From assembly GCA_964291265.2 (NCBI GenBank), contig OZ219747.1:2656001-2720000 (forward strand): a stretch of 64,000 bases of DNA, read 5' to 3'. Every line of letters begins with the position of its first letter. The stretch's first letter is position 1. Below are positions 24,517 to 35,814 of the stretch, one piece after another. Under the pieces are notes generated by a model. That model was not told where the DNA came from. It made no database searches and saw only the letters and a list, made by a program, of their open reading frames with translations. A program made the position numbers and the translations under genes. This stretch comes from Alphaproteobacteria bacterium (lineage in GTDB: Bacteria > Pseudomonadota > Alphaproteobacteria > SP197).

Positions 24517-25396
24517 ACCCCGCCGCGTCGACTTCGACGCCGTCAAGCGCATGCCGTTCGAACGCATCGCCGCCGACTGGGGATACGTCCGCGACGAACA
24601 GGCCTCGACACGCGCCAACCCCGTCCTGTGCGCACCCGGCCTGCCGAAGCTCGTCACGAAGTGCCTCAACAACGGACACTGGGTCTACTTCAACACCCAG
24701 AACGATGAAGACAACGGAACCGTCATCGACTTCATGCTCAACCGCGGACTGGCCTTCGCCGACATCTGCACCCGCTTCGCAGCACCCGACGCCGCGCCAC
24801 GCGACTTCCGCAGCCTCTGGGCCGCGGCAACGCCCGATGCGGCCCCGGACTGGCTCACCGGGCGCGGCATCCTCCCGGAGACCCTCGACACCTGCCGCCC
24901 CCTGGTCCGCCGCGACCACAACGGACGCGTCCTCTTCGCCCATCGCAACAGGAAGCGAAAGCTCACCGGCTTCGAGATCGGTCCCCCCGACGGACCGAAA
25001 CGCTTCGCCACCGGTGGAACCCGAAGCCTGTTCGCCGTCCGCGCCGGAACCGCCGCGGACCTCGAGGCCCTCGTCATCACCGAAAGCGCCGTCGACGCCC
25101 TCAGCCTGGCCCAGATCGACCAATGTCCCCCCAGCCACGCCTTCCTCTCCACCGCCGGGGCACCCTCGCGAAGACAGCACGAACAGATCAGCCTCGCCGC
25201 AAGCAGCCTGCCCAACGTCAGGACCATCGTCCTCGCCCAGGACCACGACGAGGCCGGAGAGCGACAGGCCGAAACCCTGCGCAAAAAGATGAAGCTCCCC
25301 TCCCACGTCTCGTTCCACAGACGCAGACCGCCGGAAAACGCCGACTGGAACGACGTCGTCAACGCCAGGACCAAAGAACCACAAGCGAGATCATGA
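24503..25396 (+). CDS. DUF3991/Toprim-domain cargo protein
   Basis: D.GTVIDF, WLTGRGI, TGFE, VITESAVDALS, AQDHDEAG, DWND Toprim motifs. Confidence 0.8.
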   Translation: MKPDKPRRVDFDAVKRMPFERIAADWGYVRDEQASTRANPVLCAPGLPKLVTKCLNNGHWVYFNTQNDEDNGTVIDFMLNRGLAFADICTRFAAPDAAPRDFRSLWAAATPDAAPDWLTGRGILPETLDTCRPLVRRDHNGRVLFAHRNRKRKLTGFEIGPPDGPKRFATGGTRSLFAVRAGTAADLEALVITESAVDALSLAQIDQCPPSHAFLSTAGAPSRRQHEQISLAASSLPNVRTIVLAQDHDEAGERQAETLRKKMKLPSHVSFHRRRPPENADWNDVVNARTKEPQARS

Positions 25397-25422
25397 CCAC
25401 GTCCGTCACAAGGAGACCACTC

Positions 25423-25713
25423 ATGCCCCTCACGCCCGCCGAAAAGCAGCGGTGATACCGGGAACGGCGCAAGGCCGGCATCCCTCCCGTCCACACCCCA
25501 AAGCACCGTGACCGGCGCTCGCGACCGCAACGCTGGAACGACGCCGTGGCCGAACTGCGCTCCCTGCAGGACGAATGGCGTGACCACCTCGACAGCATCC
25601 CCGAAAGCCTCCGTGACACGCCTTACGGAGAACGCCTGCAGAGCGTCGCCGATGCCGACATCGAGGCCCTCGAGGACATCGAACCGCCACGCGGCTACGG
25701 AAGGGATACGTGA
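25423..25713 (+). pseudogene. 96-aa cargo gene with premature stop (CGA>TGA at 25453-25455)
   Basis: Otherwise near-identical to the intact copy at 32394-32684. Confidence 0.85.
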
Positions 25714-26530
25714 TCCCGCAAGACCCTTGAACGCGGTCACGCGTTACCATCCAGGAATGAGAACGTCTCACCCCGACGCGCCGCTCAGCCTCCCCGGGAA
25801 ACACCCGGGCCGTCCAAACGACACCGCATCACGAGACTGCCGCAGCCTCTGAGCCGCAGCGACGCCCGATCCGCCGCCGGGCTGGCTCACAGGTCGCAGC
25901 ATCCGCCCGAAAACACTCGACGCCTGCCGCACCCTGCAGGACGAATGGCGTGACCGCCTCGACAGCATCCCCGAAACCCTCCGTGACACGCCTTACGGAG
26001 AACGCCTGCAGAGCGTCGCCGATGCCGACATCGAGGCTCTCGAGGACATCGAACCGCCACGCGGCTACGGAAGGGACACGTAATCTCGCAAGACCCTTGA
26101 ACGCGGTCACGCGTTACCATCCAGGAATGAGAACGTCTCACCCCGACGCGCCGCTCAGCCTCCCCGGGAAACCCCCGGGCCGTCCAAACGACACCACATC
26201 ACGAGACTGCCGCAGCCGCTGAGCCGCAGCAACGCCCGATCCGCCGCCGGACTGGCTCACAGGTCGCAGCATCCGCCCGAAAACACTCGACGCCTGCCGC
26301 ACCCTGCGCCGCCGCAACCGCAACGCACGCAGCCTCTTCGCCCAGCGCAACAGAAACCGTCAGCTCTCCAGCCTCGAGATCGTCCCGCCCGACGAACCAC
26401 GACGAGGACGGAGAACGCCAGAACGAAACCACGCGCAAAAGCCTGAAGCTCCCCTCCCACATCACGTTCCACAAACGCCGAACGCCAGAAAACGCCGACC
26501 GGAACGACATCGTCAACGTCAATGCAAGAC
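25563..26530 (+). repeat. 370-bp-period tandem duplication plus decayed Toprim-gene fragments
   Basis: 3' half of the cargo gene and its downstream flank repeated (stops at 25711 and 26081); pieces resemble 24800-25370. Confidence 0.8.
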
Positions 26531-27018
26531 CAATGGGATCCAACAATAGGCAGAAAACAAAGACCGGGCGGACCTTCGTCCAATGCCGCACGTTCTCCTG
26601 TCGTGGTCACCCACTCACACGATCAGCGCCCAAAAGAGCGGTTCTCCGCCAATATCCCGCCGTTCTAAATCGCCGCCGACACCTGAGACCTCGCACTGGT
26701 CCTGGCCGCCATGTGGGAGCGAACGTCATCGCAGAGGATGCACGGGCTGACAGCCACCAACTCTGACGTGGCCCGGTTGCGGCCGGGCCTGAAGGAAAAG
26801 GTGGCGGCAGCCGGCCCGGTTTCCAGGGCAGGCGTTTCGATGAAGCCGGGAACAGGCGGGCGACACGACGGCGGTGGAGTCTGGCGGCGCCCGGAGCGGA
26901 AGTCCGGATGGCGCCGTACAGTTCTGGCGCGTTCCATCGAAGGTTTGCAACGTCCGGGACCGGTACCGACATGTTCCCGCACCGACACTGATCATGCCTT
27001 CAGACCGTAGCTGCAACC

Positions 27019-28656
27019 TTGGATAGTGTCGTGGACTTCGAGCTGATCGCCATTGCATTCGGAGACGTGGCATGGATCGCGATGGCCTTCGTGCTGGGCC
27101 TGCTGTCCAGAACCGTCGGGCTGCCGCCCCTGGTCGGCTTCCTGGTTGCCGGGTTCGTGCTCAACCTGCATGGCATGGCCGGCGGGGACATGCTGCGGAA
27201 ACTGTCGGATCTGGGCATCACCCTGTTGCTCTTCATCGTTGGCCTGAAGCTCAACCTTCGGGTGTTCGCGCGGCCGCAGGTATGGGCCGTGACCGGGCTG
27301 CACATGGCCATCATCGTGCCGCTCTTCGCAACGGCCATCTACGCCGCCGCCGCTCTCGGGGTGCCCTTCCTCTCCGACCTCGACCTTGCCCGATCTCTTC
27401 TGATCGCCTTCGCACTCAGCTTTTCCAGCACCGTGTTCGTCGTCAAGGCGCTGGAAGACAGGGGCCAGACAACGGCGCTCCACGGCCGGGTTGCGATCGG
27501 CATTCTCATCGTGCAGGATCTGGCCGCCGTCGTCTTTCTCGCCATCTCCACGGGGAACCTGCCGACCTACTGGGCCCTGCTGGCCCTTCTCGTCTTTCCG
27601 ATTCGCCCCTTCCTGACCGCCCTGCTTCAGCGGGTCGGCCACGGAGAGCTCATGGTCCTCTATGGCTTCCTGCTTGCCCTGGGTGGTGCGCAGCTGTTCG
27701 AGCTCGTCGGCCTCAAGGGTGATCTCGGCGCACTCGTGTTGGGCGTTCTGATCGCCAATCATGCCAAGGCCAACGAGATGGCGAAGGCCATGCTCGGCTT
27801 CAAGGACCTTTTCCTTCTCGCCTTCTTTCTCTCAGTCGGCCTTTCGGGACAGCTGACCCTGGAGACGTTCATGATCGGCGCCGTGATCACGCCGTTCGTG
27901 CTGTTCAAGTCGGCCCTGTTCTTCGGACTGCTGACCGCGTTCAGGCTTCAGGCACGCACGTCGCTTCTGGCATCGTTCAATCTCGGCAACTTCAGCGAAT
28001 TCGGGCTCATCGTCACCGCCATCGGAGTCGCCCGGGGTTGGATCGACACCGACTGGCTGATCGTGGTCGCGGTCGCGCTTGCCCTGTCCTGCGCCATCTC
28101 TTCCGGGCTCAACATCACCGGAGAACGCATCTACACGCGGCACAGGAGCATGTGGAAGCGCCTGCAACGCTCCAGCCTTGTTGCCGACGATCGGCCGCTT
28201 GATATCGGCGCGGCGACGATTGCCATCATCGGCATGGGCCGTATTGGATCGGGGGCATATGACACCATGCGTGAACTGCATGGAGAAACCGTCGTTGGCG
28301 TGGATTTCGATCAGGCCACGGTCGAGCGTCGCCGGACCGAAGGGCGAAAGGTGTTGTTGGGCGACCCTTGTGACGCCGAGTTCTGGGATCGCGTTCAGAG
28401 CGCCCACACATTGGAACTGGTCATGCTGGCATTGCCGAGTCTTGCCGCCAACCTTGCCGTGATCGACCAGCTCAAGGCGGCCTCGTTCACCGGCCGGGTT
28501 GCCGCCACGGTGAGGTTCCAGGACGACATCGAACCACTTGAGGAGGCCGGCGCCTCGACCGTCTTCAACGTCTACGCGGAAGCAGGTTCGGGGTTCGCCG
28601 CGCATGTGGCCGGGGACATGCCGGCCGTAAGCGTTCGGCCGTTCGGTGATGGCTGA
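27019..28656 (+). CDS. CPA2 cation:proton antiporter (KefC-like) with TrkA-N domain; last codons supplied by the IS66 end
   Basis: LPPLVGFL.AG, LLLFIVGL, FSST, ILIVQD, FFLSVG, GMGRIG. Confidence 0.9.
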   Translation: MDSVVDFELIAIAFGDVAWIAMAFVLGLLSRTVGLPPLVGFLVAGFVLNLHGMAGGDMLRKLSDLGITLLLFIVGLKLNLRVFARPQVWAVTGLHMAIIVPLFATAIYAAAALGVPFLSDLDLARSLLIAFALSFSSTVFVVKALEDRGQTTALHGRVAIGILIVQDLAAVVFLAISTGNLPTYWALLALLVFPIRPFLTALLQRVGHGELMVLYGFLLALGGAQLFELVGLKGDLGALVLGVLIANHAKANEMAKAMLGFKDLFLLAFFLSVGLSGQLTLETFMIGAVITPFVLFKSALFFGLLTAFRLQARTSLLASFNLGNFSEFGLIVTAIGVARGWIDTDWLIVVAVALALSCAISSGLNITGERIYTRHRSMWKRLQRSSLVADDRPLDIGAATIAIIGMGRIGSGAYDTMRELHGETVVGVDFDQATVERRRTEGRKVLLGDPCDAEFWDRVQSAHTLELVMLALPSLAANLAVIDQLKAASFTGRVAATVRFQDDIEPLEEAGASTVFNVYAEAGSGFAAHVAGDMPAVSVRPFGDG

Positions 28657-28724
28657 TTTTGGTTGGTTTGGGTCTTGCTGACTATCGTCTGAGAAAGAGC
28701 TGGTAAACTCGTTTGGTCTCGATT

Positions 28725-31169
28725 ATGGTCGAGGCCATGAAGACTTTTGCCGAGACGCGCGGAGCGACACAGCAGCTGACGGGAGGTGGTGACGGCCTAT
28801 GTCGGGCGTCAGTGGCCTTGTCATGCGAGGCGCCTGACTGGCGTGCGCTCTATGAGGCGGAGCGGGTTCGTGCGGATGCGGCGGAAGCGCGTATGCGGTG
28901 TGCCAGGCGAACTGGCGGAAGGTAGGGGGTGAAAGTCCCCTGGAACGAAGGAGTAACCAAACCACGTTTCTCCGCGAGCCGTGCGTCGGTTCCCGCGAGG
29001 GGGCAGGCGAAGCGTCGGTAGCGGTACGGATGGGCAGGGCTAATGAGCACCGAAAAAGCTATCATCCGGGGTGCCGAGGCTTTCGCATTGGTCGAAGGCA
29101 ACATCGCAGGCATCGATTTGGTGAGATGTCGGCGAGCCCCGCGGTGTCAGAGAACCCATGCACGTCCGCACGCCTTCTGTTGGGACCCTGGGAGATCTTC
29201 AAACCGTCCCGCCGGTTGTGGCGGGACCGCATGGGGAAGGAGAAAACCGAAGCCTATGATGTACGGTTTGAAGAAGTCGGATGAGGCCGTAGTACCTGTG
29301 AAGGCGGCGAACAAGGAAGCGTTAGCTTCTGCGGAGTCGCTGGAGGAAAGGGCCTCAACCAAGGGGAATCCGGGACGCTAAAGCACGCACCGAACGCAGT
29401 GTCGGGCAAGCGTGCCACAGGCGGCGGATCGGATACGGGAAGCCGCAGGCTAGTCCAGTGGTTTGCCGTCCAGTACCCGAGGTAGGAGCCGGATGGATTA
29501 ACGTCCACGTCCGGATCTGCGCGGGGGGTGCGCAGCAATGCGCATCCCTACCGCGTCTGACCTGCGCCGTGCGAAGAATTCTGCCCGTGCCCGTGCGGGC
29601 ACATTCAAGTTTCATCTCGACCGCACTCGTGATCAGCTCAAGGAGGCTCGCCGGGAGGTGAAGCGTGGACAGGCCCGAGCGGAGGCGCTGGAGCAGGAAA
29701 GGGACGCTCTGAAGCTCAAGAACGCTGAACAGGCGAGCGAGCTGAGGAATCTCCGCGGGACGCGTGCCAAGCACGCGACGGCGCGCTTCGGGTCGAAGAG
29801 CGAGAAGCGGAAGAAGAAGGAAGGCACAGGGAACAAGCGGGGTCAGCAACCCGGCAAGAGCGGCCACGGGCGCACTCCGCGTCCGAAGCTCAAGGAGAAG
29901 CACGAACGCCATGATCCACCGGCATCGCAGCGCACGTGCCCGTGTTGCGGCGAGCCCTATGTGGCCAACGGCAGCCACGAGACCTCGATCATGGAGGTCC
30001 ATGTCAAGGCTCATATCCGGCGGATTGAACGTGGGCGTTGGCGCCGTGGTTGTCAGTGTTCGTCGGCGCCTGCGGAGATCATCGCGCCGCCACCTTTGCG
30101 CTTGCTTGCGAATACCCCCTTCGGCATCAGTGTCTGGGAATGCGTGCTCTATGAGCGCTTCGCCTGCTTGCGTCCCCTGCGCCGGGTCTCGCGATGGCTG
30201 GAAGACCAGGGACTGCCGATGGCGCCGGGAACGATCGCTGGCGGCATGAAGAAGATGACGCCGATGTTCGCGCCTCTCGCTCAGGCCATCCTCGATCATC
30301 AGAACCGGCTGACGGTGCGCCACGGCGACGAGACCAGCTGGCGCATCCAGTCCCTCAAGGCCTCGGGGCGCTCGCAGAAGGCCTGGCTGTGGACCGCGGT
30401 CAGCGCCGACTCCGTCTTCTTCCTTATCGACCCGTCACGCAGCGCCCGGGTGGCCATGGTGCTGTTCGCCTCCACCGAAGGTGTCGTCTTCCTTGTTTGC
30501 GACCGCTACGTGGTCTACAGGAAACTGGAGCGTGAGCTTGATGGCAAGGTGATCCTCTGCCTTTGCTGGGCGCACTCCAGGCGCGATGTGATCGAGGCTG
30601 CGGCAGGCCAGGAGGGGCTGGAAGAGTGGTGCGACAAGTGGCTCGACAGGATCGCGCTGATCTACACACTGAATGGGCAACGGCTGAAGCACTACGATCC
30701 CGCACGCAAGCGTCAGTCAGCGAGGTTCAATGCCCTGCAGAAGGACCTTCGTGCGGCTGTCGAGGCGCTGTTCAGGCAGGCTCAGGAGGAACTCGACGCC
30801 TTGCCCGAGGGTGCACGCGAAGCGAAGCCCTTGCGTTCCCTGATCCGTCACCGCGAGGGACTGTGCGTCTTTGTCGACCATCCCCAGGTGCCCATGGACA
30901 ACAACTTTGCCGAGAGAGCCCTCCGGGGTGCGGTGACCGCGAGAAAGCTGAGCTTCGGCTCCGACAGCGAGGAAGGCGCCGCCTTCACCGCCATCATGTA
31001 CTCGGTCATCGGCACCCTTGCCATGAACAACATCAATGTTCGGCGCTGGCTTCATGAGTGGCTTGAGGCCTGCGCGCAGAACGGCGGCAAGCCGCCGGAT
31101 GACCTCGACCCGTGGCTGCCATGGTCGATGCCCCCGGAGCGTCGAAGGGACCTCATGGAACCGGGGTGA
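28725..31169 (+). CDS. tnpC: IS66 transposase TnpC copy 3; exons 28725-28897 + 29558-31169 (594 aa if spliced)
   Basis: In-frame after removal of the mini-intron; no internal stops. Confidence 0.88.
28898..29557 (+). ncRNA. ORF-less group II mini-intron copy 3 (660 nt)
   Basis: GTGTG start, domains V and VI present, RT ORF internally deleted. Confidence 0.92.
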
Positions 31170-32393
31170 TCGAGTGCCGTTACGACGGCCGTGACTTCAC
31201 CGCGCACGAGATGGCGCTGTTGCGCTCCCTGATCACCCAGCACCCCACCCGTGCGGCCATCGCCCGCGCCTTCTGCCGCGAGACCGGCTGATACAAGCCC
31301 GACGGGGCCTCAAGAACATGATGGCGAATGTCGCCTTTCTGGCCATGCACCGCGACGGCCTCATCACCCTGCCGCCACCCCAACGACGAGCAACCCGACC
31401 CGGACCCATCGTCTTCGGACCCAACAGCGAACCGCCACGTGGTGCGCCTGTCGGCGGCGATTTAGAACGGCGGGATATTGGCGGAGAACCGCTCTTTTGG
31501 GCGCTGATCGTGTGAGTGGGTGACCACGACAGGAGAACGTGCGGCATTGGACGAAGGTCCGCCCGGTCTTTGTTTTCTGCCTATTGTTGGATCCCATTGG
31601 TCTTGCATTGACGTTGACGATGTCGTTCCGGTCGGCGTTTTCTGGCGTTCGGCGTTTGTGGAACGTGATGTGGGAGGGGAGCTTCAGGCTTTTGCGCGTG
31701 GTTTCGTTCTGGCGTTCTCCGTCCTCGTCGTGGTTCGTCGGGCGGGACGATCTCGAGGCTGGAGAGCTGACGGTTTCTGTTGCGCTGGGCGAAGAGGCTG
31801 CGTGCGTTGCGGTTGCGGCGGCGCAGGGTGCGGCAGGCGTCGAGTGTTTTCGGGCGGATGCTGCGACCTGTGAGCCAGTCCGGCGGCGGATCGGGCGTTG
31901 CTGCGGCTCAGCGGCTGCGGCAGTCTCGTGATGCGGTGTCGTTTGGACGGCCCGGGTGTTTCCCGGGGAGGCTGAGAGGCGCGTCGGGGTGAGACGTTCT
32001 CATTCCTGGATGGTAACGCGTGACCGCGTTCAAGGGTCTTGCGGGATCACGTATCCCTTCCGTAGCCGCGTGGCGGTTCGATGTCCTCGAGGGCCTCGAT
32101 GTCGGCATCGGCGACGCTCTGCAGGCGTTCTCCGTAAGGCGTGTCACGGAGGCTTTCGGGGATGCTGTCGAGGCGGTCACGCCATTCGTCCTGCAGGGTG
32201 CGGCAGGCGTCGAGTGTTTTCGGGCGGATGCTGCGACCTGTAAGCCAGTCCGGCCAGCGGCTGCGGCAGTCTCGTGATGCGGTGTCGTTTGGACGGCCCG
32301 GGGGTTTCCCCGGGGAGGCTGAGAAGCGCGTCGGGGTGAGACGTTCTCATTCCTGGATGGTAACGCGTGACCGCGTTCAAGGGTCTTGCGGGA

Positions 32394-32684
32394 TCACGTA
32401 TCCCTTCCGTAGCCGCGTGGCGGTTCGATGTCCTCGAGGGCCTCGATGTCGGCATCGGCGACGCTCTGCAGGCGTTCTCCGTAAGGCGTGTCACGGAGGC
32501 TTTCGGGGATGCTGTCGAGGCGGTCACGCCATTCGTCCTGCAGGGCGCGCAGTTCGGCCACGGCGTCGTTCCAGCGTTGCGGTCGCGAGCGCCGGTCACG
32601 ATGCTTTGGGGTGTGGACGGGAGGGATGCCGGCCTTGCGCCGTTCCCGGTATCGCCGCTGCTTTTCGGCGGGCGTGAGGGGCAT
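32394..32684 (-). CDS. 96-aa conserved hypothetical cargo protein (intact)
   Basis: AAGGAG RBS; homolog of 13202-13492. Confidence 0.8.
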   Translation of the reverse strand: MPLTPAEKQRRYRERRKAGIPPVHTPKHRDRRSRPQRWNDAVAELRALQDEWRDRLDSIPESLRDTPYGERLQSVADADIEALEDIEPPRGYGRDT

Positions 32685-32710
32685 GAGTGGTCTCCTTGTG
32701 ACGGACGTGG

Positions 32711-33604
32711 TCATGATCTCGCTTGTGGTTCTTTGGTCCTGGCGTTGACGACGTCGTTCCAGTCGGCGTTTTCCGGCGGTCTGCGTCTGTGGAACGAGAC
32801 GTGGGAGGGGAGCTTCATCTTTTTGCGCAGGGTTTCGGCCTGTCGCTCTCCGGCCTCGTCGTGGTCCTGGGCGAGGACGATGGTCCTGACGTTGGGCAGG
32901 CTGCTTGCGGCGAGGCTGATCTGTTCGTGCTGTCTTCGCGAGGGTGCCCCGGCGGTGGAGAGGAAGGCGTGGCTGGGGGGACATTGGTCGATCTGGGCCA
33001 GGCTGAGGGCGTCGACGGCGCTTTCGGTGATGACGAGGGCCTCGAGGTCCGCGGCGGTTCCGGCGCGGACGGCGAACAGGCTTCGGGTTCCACCGGTGGC
33101 GAAGCGTTTCGGTCCGTCGGGGGGACCGATCTCGAAGCCGGTGAGCTTTCGCTTCCTGTTGCGATGGGCGAAGAGGACGCGTCCGTTGTGGTCGCGGCGG
33201 ACCAGGGGGCGGCAGGTGTCGAGGGTCTCCGGGAGGATGCCGCGCCCGGTGAGCCAGTCCGGGGCCGCATCGGGCGTTGCCGCGGCCCAGAGGCTGCGGA
33301 AGTCGCGTGGCGCGGCGTCGGGTGCTGCGAAGCGGGTGCAGATGTCGGCGAAGGCCAGTCCGCGGTTGAGCATGAAGTCGATGACGGTTCCGTTGTCTTC
33401 ATCGTTCTGGGTGTTGAAGTAGACCCAGTGTCCGTTGTTGAGGCACTTCGTGACGAGCTTCGGCAGGCCGGGTGCGCACAGGACGGGGTTGGCGCGTGTC
33501 GAGGCCTGTTCGTCGCGGACGTATCCCCAGTCGGCGGCGATGCGTTCGAACGGCATGCGCTTGACGGCGTCGAAGTCGACGCGGCGGGGTTTATCGGGTT
33601 TCAC
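32711..33604 (-). CDS. DUF3991/Toprim-domain cargo protein
   Basis: Same protein as 24503-25396. Confidence 0.8.
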   Translation of the reverse strand: MKPDKPRRVDFDAVKRMPFERIAADWGYVRDEQASTRANPVLCAPGLPKLVTKCLNNGHWVYFNTQNDEDNGTVIDFMLNRGLAFADICTRFAAPDAAPRDFRSLWAAATPDAAPDWLTGRGILPETLDTCRPLVRRDHNGRVLFAHRNRKRKLTGFEIGPPDGPKRFATGGTRSLFAVRAGTAADLEALVITESAVDALSLAQIDQCPPSHAFLSTAGAPSRRQHEQISLAASSLPNVRTIVLAQDHDEAGERQAETLRKKMKLPSHVSFHRRRPPENADWNDVVNARTKEPQARS

Positions 33605-34292
33605 GCCTGAGCCGCCAGGAGTCGCTGTCGATGGAGATGAGGGTTGCGTCGTGCATGAGCCGGTCGACGGTGCCGGCGATGCCGGAGGCGCTGGGGAAGA
33701 CGCGGTCCCACTGGGCGAAGGCGAGGCTTGTCGTGACCATGGTCGAGCGGCGCTGATAGCGCCGCGAGACGATGGCGTAGAGGATGTCGGCATGGTGGCT
33801 TTCGAGGGTCACGTAGCCGATTTCGTCGAGGACGAGCAGGCGGGGCCTGGCGAGGATCGCGAGGCGGCGGCGCAGCTCGCTGCGCGAGACGGTCTCGGCG
33901 AGTGCCTCGAGCAGTTCCGGCGCCTTCTCGAAGCGGACGGTGTGGCCGTGCAGCAGGGCCTGGTGCGCCACGTTGGCGGCGATCATGGTCTTTCCGGTGC
34001 CCTGCCCGCCGACGAGCACGGCGTTGTCCGCACGGTCGACGAAGCCGAGGCCGAGGAGCGCTTCGACATGAGCCCGGCTGATGTCGCGCGGCCATGTCCA
34101 GTCGAAGTCCGCCAGGGGCTTGAAGGCGGGCAGCCGCGCCGCGGCGCGGCGGCGCTCGTGGCTGCGGGCCCTGCGGGCCTGTTCCTCGCCGCTGACCACC
34201 TCCTCGATCCATGCGGTCCCGGCGACCTCGTCCCAGCGTTCGACGAGCCCGTGGAGGCCGAGCGCCCGGGCACGCTCCCTGAGCTCGCTCAT
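33591..34292 (-). CDS. istB: IS21 helper ATPase IstB
   Basis: Same protein as copy 1. Confidence 0.95.
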   Translation of the reverse strand: MSELRERARALGLHGLVERWDEVAGTAWIEEVVSGEEQARRARSHERRRAAARLPAFKPLADFDWTWPRDISRAHVEALLGLGFVDRADNAVLVGGQGTGKTMIAANVAHQALLHGHTVRFEKAPELLEALAETVSRSELRRRLAILARPRLLVLDEIGYVTLESHHADILYAIVSRRYQRRSTMVTTSLAFAQWDRVFPSASGIAGTVDRLMHDATLISIDSDSWRLRRETR

Positions 34293-35782
34293 GTCTTGTT
34301 CCTGGCGCTGGCTTCGGGCCTGTCGTAGGCGTCGAGAGCGGTCCCCCGCGGCGTCGTGCCACGGCCGCCGCGGCCGTCGTCGGCGATGCTGAGGGGCGGC
34401 AGGCCCTGCTCCCGGCGGCGCTCCTCGATGATGACGCGCACGGTTTCGGGGTGGCACGAGCCGCGCTCCAGCGCCGTGGCGACAGCCCGGTCGAGAGCGT
34501 CGGCGCCGTGCGCGTTGAGAAGCGTCTCCAGCATCCGGGCGCAGGAGGCCACGTTGCGCCCGTTGGTCCCGGCGCGCGCCAGCATCTCCTCGGCCCGCGG
34601 CACGGTGCGCAGGACCCGGTCGCGGACGCTCATGGAGCGGGCCCGCCGCTTGCCCGCGGCGATCGCCCTGGCATGCTCCGGATCGGTGACGGCCTGCTTC
34701 CTGTCGTAGGAGCGTCGGTGGCGCGCGACCTCGTCGGCGCCGTCGAGGATGCGAACCTCGTCGCGGTCGGCGACCAGCGTCAGCAGGGCCTTGGAGAAGC
34801 TACCCGGAACGCTGTAGTCGTTGGTGTCGAAGCGGGCGTGGCAGGTCTTGTCGATGCGCACCGGGCGGACCTCGTGATGCGGGAAGGGGTCGACGGGAAG
34901 GACGATCAGGTGCTCCCTCTCCCGGGCGAAGGCGTCCCGCACCAGGAGACTGTCGTCGTCCGGCCAGGGCCGCTCCGCGGCGGCGCCGAAGCACCACTCC
35001 CGAACCGCGGCGTTGAGCTCGCCGAGCGGGACCGTGATGTCGCGCCCGGCGAAGAACCCGGTGCGCGCGAAGCGCACACGGCGTTCCACGCGGCCCTTCT
35101 CCTGCGGGCTCCTGGGCCAGGCGGCGCTCGGTTCGAAGGCATAGTGGGCCGCGAGGCCGAGCAGCATCGGATGATAGGTGACCGCCTTGCCGCGGCGCGT
35201 CACCACGGCACTCTTCAGGTTGTCGTACAGAAGCCTCCGCGGCACACCCCCGAATGCCGCGAAAGCCTCGACATGGCCTTGCAGGAAGCTGGCCATCCGC
35301 GCGTCGTGGAACAGGCTCAGGACAGTCTGGCGCGAGTAGCTGAGGGTGACGAGAAGCCCCATGAGCCTGCGCTCCGCCCGGCCGATGCGGACCTTCCCGA
35401 ACTCGGCCCAGTCAACCTGCGCCTGCTCGCCCGGAAGGAAGCTCAGCCGCAGCGACGGCTCGGGCCTCTTCACCGGCCTCAGCCCGAGGCGGCGCAGGTC
35501 GTGACGGAAGTGATCCTCGCCGCCGCGGTAGCCCAGAGCCACGACCTGTCGCCAGAGCGTGCTGGCCGGAAGGTCCGGCGACGCCTCAAGACGCTCCCCG
35601 AGGAAGGCAACGAAGGGGTCGATGAGCTTGGCCCGCGGCCGCCGCTCCTGCCCCGACGCCTTGAGCGCCCGCGTCACCGTGCCGTGGTGCACGCCGAGAT
35701 GCCGGGCAATCGTCCCCACAGCCCAGCCCTCGGCCCGCGACAGCCGCACGATCGTCGCCCGCGTGTCCTCGTCGATCGCCAT
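34289..35782 (-). CDS. istA: IS21 transposase IstA
   Basis: Near-identical to copy 1. Confidence 0.95.
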   Translation of the reverse strand: MAIDEDTRATIVRLSRAEGWAVGTIARHLGVHHGTVTRALKASGQERRPRAKLIDPFVAFLGERLEASPDLPASTLWRQVVALGYRGGEDHFRHDLRRLGLRPVKRPEPSLRLSFLPGEQAQVDWAEFGKVRIGRAERRLMGLLVTLSYSRQTVLSLFHDARMASFLQGHVEAFAAFGGVPRRLLYDNLKSAVVTRRGKAVTYHPMLLGLAAHYAFEPSAAWPRSPQEKGRVERRVRFARTGFFAGRDITVPLGELNAAVREWCFGAAAERPWPDDDSLLVRDAFAREREHLIVLPVDPFPHHEVRPVRIDKTCHARFDTNDYSVPGSFSKALLTLVADRDEVRILDGADEVARHRRSYDRKQAVTDPEHARAIAAGKRRARSMSVRDRVLRTVPRAEEMLARAGTNGRNVASCARMLETLLNAHGADALDRAVATALERGSCHPETVRVIIEERRREQGLPPLSIADDGRGGRGTTPRGTALDAYDRPEASARNKT

Positions 35783-35814
35783 GAACTCCCTCCCTCTGGT
35801 TCCTCAACGCCGCA

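Larger units (their letters stand above)
21338..26681 (+). mobile_element. IS21-family element copy 1 with cargo (5.3 kb)
   Basis: TGT...ACA ends sharing TAGAACGGCGGGAT; 5-bp TSD CCTGA (21333-21337, 26682-26686). Confidence 0.93.
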
